Below the pieces are notes generated by a model. The model was not told the origin of the DNA and made no database searches. It saw nothing but the letters and a program-made list of their open reading frames with translations. The position numbers and the translations under genes are program-made. Shown here piece by piece: positions 25,716-32,099 of a DNA stretch of 32,099 nucleotides. Numbering within the stretch: the first letter of the stretch is position 1; each line of letters starts with the position of its first letter. Origin of the DNA: an uncultured bacterium (GTDB lineage Bacteria > Abyssobacteria > SURF-5); contig CAZSKP010000045.1 of assembly GCA_964607485.1 (NCBI GenBank), forward strand, positions 1 through 32,099, read 5' to 3'.

Positions 25716-27350
25716 TCAAGCGCCTATTGAACGTAAAACTTCCTCCACCGTTGTGATGCCCGCGGCAACCTTCTGCGCACCGCGCTCCAGAATGAACTTC
25801 ATCCTTCTTTCCGTTTCCATCTTGGCGATTTCGTCAACGGGAATTCCCGCCGTTATGCAGCTCCTTACTTTGTCGTCCACCTTCAATACCTCGAACAGGC
25901 CGGTACGTTCGAAGAATCCCGTGTGGTTGCACCTCGAACAGCCGCTGCCATGGAAAAACGGGCCGGCCGACCGGGGCAGCCCCAGCTCGGCCAGCAGTTC
26001 GTTCGGGGGTTCGTATTGCTCCTTGCAATGAACGCAGTTGGTCCGCACGAGCCGCTGTGCGATCACCACGTTGAGCGCGCCTGCTATCATGAACGCCTTT
26101 ATGCCCATGTGACGCATTGCCGTGATCGTCTCGAGGGCGTTGTTGGTGTGCATCGTGCTGAGCACCCTGTGCCCGGTGACCGCCGCGCGGACGGCTATGT
26201 GCGCCGATTCGTCGTCGCGTATCTCGCCCACCATCAGGGTGTCTATGTCCAGCCTCAATGCGCCCCGGAGCACGCGCGTGTATGTGAGATCGGCCGAGGC
26301 GTTCACCTGCACCTGATTCACGCCGGTGAGCTGGAACTCGACCGGGTCCTCTATCGTGACGATGTTCTCGGTGAGCACGTTGAGGCTGTTCAGGACGGCG
26401 TAAAGCGTCGTCGTCTTCCCGGAGCCCATCGGACCGGTGACGAGGAGCATGCCTCCCTTGCGTTTCACGAACCGCTCGATGGCCCGCTGGTCGGCGGGGT
26501 CCATTCCGAGCTCTTCCAGACTTTTTATGACGTTGGCCGAGCCGATGAAGCGAAGGACAAGCTTTTCGCCGAAGTACGTCGGGACGGTCGCCACGCGGAG
26601 GTCGTACTCGCGGTTTTCGACGGATGTCGTGAAATGGCCGTCCTGAGGCGTACGGGTGTTGGTTATGTCCATGTTGCACAGAATCTTGATGCGACTGATG
26701 ACTCCCGCCTCGACGCTGCGGGGCAGGTTGATGGTGTCGTACAACACTCCGTCGATTCGATACCGGACGCGGAGCGTGTCCTCCTGGGGATCAAAATGGA
26801 TGTCGGTGGACCGCAAATTGGCCGCGCCCGCTATGATCGCATCCACCAATACCACCGGAGAGCTCCGGGCCGAGATGCTCTGGAGCTTCTCGATCTGCGC
26901 CTCCAGGGTCTCCTCCGCCTGATCCGTCGGCGTTTCCTCGACCCGGCTGAGCATGTGCTCCTCGATGAGACGCTCGATTTGTTCGGGCGGCATCAGGACG
27001 GGCACAATTTCCCTTGAGCTGAGCACCCTGTACTTGTCCAGGTTGGCAAGCTGATTGGGGTCGCCCAGCGCGAGACGGAGCACATTTTCCTGACAGCTCA
27101 GGGGGAACACGTTGAAATCGCGCACCGTCTGCTCGGGTATCAATTCCATTGCCGCCGGCTCGATCCGCTCGTATGCCTGTTCGACATACTCGATGTCGTG
27201 TTTTTCCGGCAGTCTGGATACCTGCTCCTCGGCTCCGGAAAAGCCTTTCTGTATCAGAACCTTTGACAACGGCTCACCGTCTTTCTCGCAAAGCAACTCT
27301 TCTGCCAGCGCTCGCCCCATTCTTCCCCTGCGGAATATTTGCTTCCGCAT
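25716..27350 (-). CDS. GspE/PilB-family assembly ATPase, long form with N-terminal N1D-like domain
   Basis: TDIHFDP, RYRIDG, PQDG, Walker A GPMGSGKTT, IEDPVE, variant LRLDIDTLMVGEIRD, His box TGH...STMHTN, Zn motif CVHC...CSRC. Confidence 0.93.
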   Translation of the reverse strand: MRKQIFRRGRMGRALAEELLCEKDGEPLSKVLIQKGFSGAEEQVSRLPEKHDIEYVEQAYERIEPAAMELIPEQTVRDFNVFPLSCQENVLRLALGDPNQLANLDKYRVLSSREIVPVLMPPEQIERLIEEHMLSRVEETPTDQAEETLEAQIEKLQSISARSSPVVLVDAIIAGAANLRSTDIHFDPQEDTLRVRYRIDGVLYDTINLPRSVEAGVISRIKILCNMDITNTRTPQDGHFTTSVENREYDLRVATVPTYFGEKLVLRFIGSANVIKSLEELGMDPADQRAIERFVKRKGGMLLVTGPMGSGKTTTLYAVLNSLNVLTENIVTIEDPVEFQLTGVNQVQVNASADLTYTRVLRGALRLDIDTLMVGEIRDDESAHIAVRAAVTGHRVLSTMHTNNALETITAMRHMGIKAFMIAGALNVVIAQRLVRTNCVHCKEQYEPPNELLAELGLPRSAGPFFHGSGCSRCNHTGFFERTGLFEVLKVDDKVRSCITAGIPVDEIAKMETERRMKFILERGAQKVAAGITTVEEVLRSIGA

Positions 27351-27393
27351 CCCCTTTTGCAGGCGCCCGAGCTTCGGCCGATTGTACTTCGCC

Positions 27394-28710
27394 TCAGAAT
27401 CTCAAAATTCTGAGCACTTCTTCGATGCTTGTCGCTCCATCGAGAACCTTGTTCACGCCTTTTTCGAGGAGGCTTTTCATTCCTTCCGCGCGCGCCTTTT
27501 TCGTGATTTGCTCGATCGTCTTCCCTTCGAGAACCGTTTTCTTGATGGCCGGTGTGACGGGCAGGAGCTCATACACCGCCGTGCGTCCCAGATAGCCGGT
27601 GCGGCTGCACGCCTCACAGCCGGTTGCGCGATAGAAGGTGACCTTCTTGGCCTTGACGCCCAGTTCGCTCAGGAGTTCCGCTTCGGGTTCGTATGCCTCT
27701 CGACATTCCACGCATAGTTTCCTGACCAGTCTCTGGGCAAGTATGCAGAGAAGAGAGCTCGTAATGAGGAACGGGCGCACGTTCATGTTGATGAGGGTGT
27801 TGATAGCGTCGGGGGCGGTGTTGGCGTGGATGGTGCTGAAGACACGGTGGCCTGTCATCGCGGCCCTGATCGCGATGGCAGCCGTTTCCAGGTCGCGCAC
27901 CTCACCCACCAGGATGGTGTCCGGGTCTTGTCTGAGGGACGCGCGAAGCGTGCTTGCGAACGTGAGTTCAATAGCGGGATTGATCTGAACCTGGTTAATT
28001 CCCTTGAGCTGATACTCGACGGGGTCTTCCAGAGTGATTATGTTATAAGTGCGATGGTTGATACGCTCCAGCGAGGCATAGAGCGTCGTCGTTTTGCCCG
28101 AGCCCGTCGGGCCGGTCACCAGCGTCATTCCCTGCGGCTTGGTGATTATCTCCTCAAACAGCAGGCGGTCGGCGTATTCCATCCCGAGTTCGCTCAGTTT
28201 GGGAATGCCGCCCGTCGAGTCGAGCACGCGAAGCGTCAGCTTTTCCCCTCGGAATGTTGGAAGCGCGGATACGCGCAGGTCGAAGCGCCTGTCGCCGATG
28301 CTCATGGATATGTGTCCGTCCTGCGGGCGGCGTGTTTCCGAGATGTCCATCTCGGCCAGGACTTTGATGCGAGCGACCACGTTCGGCTGGACGCGCTTGG
28401 GAATCGGGAGCACGTCGTGCAGCATGCCGTCGATACGGAGCCGAGCGGTGAGGCCCACTTCCGTCGGGTCGAAATGGATGTCCGTCGCACGCGAGTTAAC
28501 CGCCTGCTCGATGATGGCGGAGACGAGCATGACGGGCTGCACGTTTTCCGCCGAGCCACCGATACGGTCAAGGAGCCGTTTCTTCATGACCTCGCCCGCA
28601 GCGGAAGCTTTCTGCTCGAGATCGAGCTCTTTTTCAAGCCTCTGCTGAATCAAATCTTCTGTCTTTTCTTCTTCTACCGCCACTGATTTTTCTTCGGGAG
28701 AACCGCTCAT
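27394..28710 (-). CDS. GspE/PilB-family assembly ATPase, short form
   Basis: ATDIHFDP, RPQDG, Walker A GPTGSGKTT, LEDPVEY, LRQDPDTILVGEVRD, TGH...STIHAN, CVEC...CEAC. Confidence 0.95.
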   Translation of the reverse strand: MSGSPEEKSVAVEEEKTEDLIQQRLEKELDLEQKASAAGEVMKKRLLDRIGGSAENVQPVMLVSAIIEQAVNSRATDIHFDPTEVGLTARLRIDGMLHDVLPIPKRVQPNVVARIKVLAEMDISETRRPQDGHISMSIGDRRFDLRVSALPTFRGEKLTLRVLDSTGGIPKLSELGMEYADRLLFEEIITKPQGMTLVTGPTGSGKTTTLYASLERINHRTYNIITLEDPVEYQLKGINQVQINPAIELTFASTLRASLRQDPDTILVGEVRDLETAAIAIRAAMTGHRVFSTIHANTAPDAINTLINMNVRPFLITSSLLCILAQRLVRKLCVECREAYEPEAELLSELGVKAKKVTFYRATGCEACSRTGYLGRTAVYELLPVTPAIKKTVLEGKTIEQITKKARAEGMKSLLEKGVNKVLDGATSIEEVLRILRF

Positions 28711-28758
28711 GATCGTTAACTCCAGAAATTTGCCGTCCCAAAGACTGCCGGAGCCGCC

Positions 28759-29607
28759 TCAGGAACCTTCCCAGGATAGTATGCTCACATTTCGGTCAGC
28801 GCCGCGGCTTAAGACCGCGGTCACCTTGCTGTTGCTCACGACTCGCGTCCCCTTGCGTATCGACCCGACCGCCTCGACGCGATAGATGTTCGAGTTCACC
28901 TTAATCAAAGGTATGACCGGGGCGGTGCGCACGGGCGTAAGGCCCGGCACTTTCGCAAGGTCGGCGGGAGCGCCAAACACAAAATCATCTTCCGTGCCGT
29001 CAATGCCGTCCGCGCCCCGGCGGAACTCGATGACCATCTGAGCGACGCTCGGGTCCATCCCCGGCAGGGCTGCGATGACGTCCGCATTCGCAGTGTTGAT
29101 ATTTATCTTGCCATCGCCCAGAACCGTGCCGAGCGCTACCGCCCTGGAGTACGCGTCTGCTCCGATGCCGGCGGCGCTCAGGTCCTCGACGGCAAACAAT
29201 CTGTTGGAGGAGCGATAATTCAGGATCGCGGCGAGCGCCTCCTTGTCGCCTCCGAGAATCGCGCTCAGCGCCTGAGGAGTGGCGCTCAGCACATTCATGC
29301 GGGCGGATTCATCCATCACGCGTATCGTGTAGCCCCCGTCGCCGAGGGGGATCATCTCGGGCGAGTCGCCCAGCCACCAATCATCTGTGTAAGCGTCCAC
29401 CAGCGGAGAATCGGCCTTCAGACGCGCGGTGGCGTCTTCGACTCCGGCAACGGCCAGATAGTGCGCCTCGAGGTTCTTTGCATCCCGTTCCGCATATGCA
29501 GCCTCGAGCTTCATGTGCGCCAGGAACACGCTTGAAAGGAGTCCCAGTATCACCAGAACGCCCAACGCGGTCAGGATTGCGACTCCCCTCTGGTCTGTCG
29601 CTCTCAC
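28759..29607 (-). CDS. GspK/PilX-like minor (pseudo)pilin with helix-hairpin-helix motifs
   Basis: QRG|VAILTALGVL (no Glu+5), AHYLAVAGV, DESARMNV, KININTA...ALPGM, DLAKVPGL. GTG 29607 after GGAGG. Confidence 0.88.
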   Translation of the reverse strand: MRATDQRGVAILTALGVLVILGLLSSVFLAHMKLEAAYAERDAKNLEAHYLAVAGVEDATARLKADSPLVDAYTDDWWLGDSPEMIPLGDGGYTIRVMDESARMNVLSATPQALSAILGGDKEALAAILNYRSSNRLFAVEDLSAAGIGADAYSRAVALGTVLGDGKININTANADVIAALPGMDPSVAQMVIEFRRGADGIDGTEDDFVFGAPADLAKVPGLTPVRTAPVIPLIKVNSNIYRVEAVGSIRKGTRVVSNSKVTAVLSRGADRNVSILSWEGS

Positions 29608-29631
29608 CCCTGTTCCTCCCTTCAAACCCGC

Positions 29632-30345
29632 TCACCCTGACGGCACATTGACAACGGTGGTGAACGATGTAGGCTGTGGAGAAATCGCTCCCAGCATGAA
29701 GACAGTGACCTTCACCGCTTTCGGCAGGAGAACCGACTCAGACGACGTGGCGCCCTCCTGCGCAGGAAGCGGCGGCCATTCCTGCACCCATTTGGGTGGG
29801 TCCGACGAATCGTCGAGATAACTGAAATCGAGTCCCACAGCGCCCGGCAGAAGGGTTTCCTTCACGCCCACCTCGACGGCTGAGCCGAGAGAGGAGCGTA
29901 TCTGCACCAGGCTCATGGGAGACCCTTCCCGCTCCGAACCGATTTCCAATCGATAGGATATTCTCTCTGCCGAACCGACTCGACTGTATCCGGTATCTAG
30001 TATCGGGAAGTAGAGCTCATCCGAAGGAATCATGGCGCCGGCCGCGTCGTACGAACCGTTGCGGCCGACAAATGCTTCGCCCGCGGTGAGAGCCGCGGGG
30101 AAGGTCTGCCTCAACATGTTGGACACCCGTTCCAGCGCCCTCCAGGCGTCCGGATAACGAGATGTTACTCTCTTTGCCTGCTCCATGGATCGAAAGGACT
30201 TCGTGACGCTCGGTATGGCAATCCCCATGAAGATGCCCAGGATTGCGATTACCACAAGGAGTTCGATTATCGTCATTCCCCCGGCTTTTTCCCGTCGCGA
30301 TCGCATTCCGCTCTTTTCCTCTCGCTTCCGCCCGCTCGTTCTCAT
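29632..30345 (-). CDS. Prepilin-type minor (pseudo)pilin, GspJ-like
   Basis: Class III signal AGG|MTIIELLVVIAIL, C-terminal FSYLD...WVQEW...LPKAVKVT. The start overlaps the upstream stop (TAATG); alternative start at 30306. Confidence 0.85.
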   Translation of the reverse strand: MRTSGRKREEKSGMRSRREKAGGMTIIELLVVIAILGIFMGIAIPSVTKSFRSMEQAKRVTSRYPDAWRALERVSNMLRQTFPAALTAGEAFVGRNGSYDAAGAMIPSDELYFPILDTGYSRVGSAERISYRLEIGSEREGSPMSLVQIRSSLGSAVEVGVKETLLPGAVGLDFSYLDDSSDPPKWVQEWPPLPAQEGATSSESVLLPKAVKVTVFMLGAISPQPTSFTTVVNVPSG

Positions 30346-30944
30346 TATGGAAGTGCCACGGCGCTGGAAATCCTGAGCTTCTCCCGGCCCCGAAGGACTT
30401 CGACGGAGCCATCGGGGAGAGTGTGAATAAAGGTGAACCACTCCCGGTCATCGGAAACGTAGAAATCCTGCTCGGGCTGGGACGCCTTTTCGGACTTGGT
30501 TCTTTTTGTGACAACGTAAACGTGAAGCGTCAGGTTTGACAACTTCGGGTAACTTTGTGAGGGAGCCGCCTCCGCCACCCACATGAACGGCTCGATGTCT
30601 TCGGGATGCGCGTGCACAAAATCGTCGAACGTGCCCGGGCGGTCGTTCAGAAGTTGAGGCGTCTCCGCTTCCTTGGGGGAAGATGCGAGGGCAGCCTCGT
30701 TGGGGAACGTTCGAATGAGCTCCTCCATCTTGGACTGGGCCAACATCTGCGCCATTTCGGTCCGACGCGCCTTGAGGGAAAGGTCCAGTCCTCCCGTGAA
30801 GAATTGGGCAAAGGTAACGATTGCGACCTGCAACACCACGAATGCTATTATCAATTCGAGCATGGTGAGGCCGCCTGAGGTACGGAGGATGGTGAACCGG
30901 GATAAGGCCGGGTCGGCTGAGGGAGATCGTTTGCGAGAAAACAT
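30345..30944 (-). CDS. Prepilin-type minor (pseudo)pilin, GspI/PilV-like
   Basis: SGG|LTMLELIIAFVVLQVAIV, AQMLAQSKMEEL. Confidence 0.8.
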   Translation of the reverse strand: MFSRKRSPSADPALSRFTILRTSGGLTMLELIIAFVVLQVAIVTFAQFFTGGLDLSLKARRTEMAQMLAQSKMEELIRTFPNEAALASSPKEAETPQLLNDRPGTFDDFVHAHPEDIEPFMWVAEAAPSQSYPKLSNLTLHVYVVTKRTKSEKASQPEQDFYVSDDREWFTFIHTLPDGSVEVLRGREKLRISSAVALP

Positions 30945-30996
30945 GTCGTGCTCTCCGCAGTTTTATGCGCGCTGCGTTCCTAACACAACAACAAAA

Positions 30997-31986
30997 CTAC
31001 GCCTTGCCAAGGACGGCAACGGTCCCTATTTTCATGCCGTTGGGGTCAATGACGGGGGCGATGTCAACCTTGATTCGCGTGCCCCCTTTCCCACCCAGCA
31101 CGATTTCTTCCTCGAATGATTTGGCCTGTTCAAAAGCGGTCTGAAGGAGAGAGGATATGTTCTTATCCGATTTGAGTTCGCTGACATTCTGAACGGTTAC
31201 CGGCTCGGCGTCGCCGAAACCCAGCAGCTTCCTTGCGATGGAGTTTATCATGACGAGTTCGCCGTTCTCGTCGGTCATGAGCGCCCCCGACTTAAGCAGG
31301 TCGCATATGTGCTCGAACGAATGTTGGATGGCGGAGAAAAGCCGGGCGTTCTGGAGCGCGACGCCTGCCGCGCTGGCGAAGGCGGAGAAGATGTCGAGGT
31401 CTTCTTCGGTGAGCGGACCGCTGTAGCCGGCGTTGAGCACCTCGATCACTCCCACGACTTTCCCACGCAACTCGATGGGCACGCACATTATGGACTTCGT
31501 CTCGAATCCGGTGGCCATATCGATCGACCGCTCGAAACGCGTATCCTTCGAAGCATCGGAGACGACGATGGGTTCTCCTGTGAGCGCGACCTGGCCCGCG
31601 ATGCCCTGTCCCATCCTCAGGCGAAACTCCTGCACCTGGCTCCCCTTCTCGCCCAGCGCGATTTTGAACACAAGCTCGTTCGTGCGCTCGTCAAGAAGCA
31701 TCAGGCTGCTGTCTCTCGCTTTCATGACTTTCGTCGCGCATTCCATCAGGTGCGTCAGGAGCTGGTCGAGGTCGAGCGTGGAGTTGATGCTGCTGCCGAC
31801 GCTGATCAAAGTGGAGAGACGCTCGATCTTCTCATCGAGCTTCGTCCTCGTCCGTTCAAGTTCTTCCTTAAGGGCCTTTATCCGCTCGCCTTTCTCGGAT
31901 ACATCCTTCTTGTACGCTTTGAGTTCTTCCTCGCGGCTTCTGAGGGTGTCTTTGAGGAGAGTGAGTTCATCGTGGTCAACGCTCAT
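30997..31986 (-). CDS. Coiled-coil + GAF + PAS-like protein with no output domain
   Basis: Heptad-rich N-terminus. GAF: INSTLDLDQLL, SLMLLD, GIAGQVA, DTRF, KSIMCVPI, GVIEVLN, AGVALQNARLF. PAS: TDENGELVMINSIARKLLG...PVIDPNG..IGTVAVL. GGAGG RBS before ATG 31986. Confidence 0.88.
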   Translation of the reverse strand: MSVDHDELTLLKDTLRSREEELKAYKKDVSEKGERIKALKEELERTRTKLDEKIERLSTLISVGSSINSTLDLDQLLTHLMECATKVMKARDSSLMLLDERTNELVFKIALGEKGSQVQEFRLRMGQGIAGQVALTGEPIVVSDASKDTRFERSIDMATGFETKSIMCVPIELRGKVVGVIEVLNAGYSGPLTEEDLDIFSAFASAAGVALQNARLFSAIQHSFEHICDLLKSGALMTDENGELVMINSIARKLLGFGDAEPVTVQNVSELKSDKNISSLLQTAFEQAKSFEEEIVLGGKGGTRIKVDIAPVIDPNGMKIGTVAVLGKA

Positions 31987-32051
31987 CAGAGTTTCCTCCA
32001 ATGGTAGAAGGGCGACTCCATTCGGCACATCGACAATCCGACGATGTGCTC

Positions 32052-32099
32052 TTACTGGAGATTCTCAGGACTGATCCTAATGAAGATGTGGCCACTAGT
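32052..32099 (-). CDS. Possible 3' end of an upstream gene, unidentifiable
   Basis: Open frame TSGHIFIRISPENLQ* from the window edge, followed by an 8-bp hairpin GCACATCG/CGATGTGC (32025-32049). Confidence 0.35.
   Translation of the reverse strand, partial: TSGHIFIRISPENLQ

Noticed and set aside
1187-31986. Idea that the stand-alone PP2C and the output-less GAF-PAS protein are halves of a split RsbU
   Set aside because: They are about 29 kb apart in unrelated contexts; nothing beyond domain complementarity supports it.
1-32099. CRISPR arrays, tRNA/rRNA genes, integrases, defence systems
   Set aside because: No regularly spaced repeats, cloverleaf or rRNA signatures, or matching protein motifs were seen by eye.

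Overview
GC-rich bacterial chromosomal window of about 29 genes. I saw no rRNA, tRNA, CRISPR array, intact transposase or prophage. Left to right: the 5' end of a threonine ammonia-lyase, a TIGR02757-family protein, a stand-alone SpoIIE/PP2C phosphatase, a B-box-like Zn-finger membrane protein, a gamma-carbonic anhydrase, an acyl-CoA synthetase and an AMP nucleosidase. Next are an operon of D-2-hydroxyacid dehydrogenase plus a four-subunit Vor-type 2-oxoacid:ferredoxin oxidoreductase, and a membrane M28 peptidase coupled to a thioredoxin-TPR lipoprotein. An ~860-bp intergenic region holds DnaA boxes overlapping an NrdR box and a probable decayed IPTL-CTERM-like gene. It is followed by ilvE, a Zn-ribbon/B-box/Yip1 protein, a small Cys-rich protein, an M16 protease, a YdbH-like protein with an apparent YnbE-YdbL fusion partner, and HU. 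The right end is a type IV filament (T2SS/T4P-like) operon with two different tandem assembly ATPases, one platform protein, three atypical minor pilins and an output-less GAF-PAS sensor. The best candidates for novelty are that dual-ATPase operon, the DnaA/NrdR site cluster with no obvious target gene, and the YdbH/YnbE-YdbL two-gene module. All family calls come from motif recognition by eye; no searches were run.
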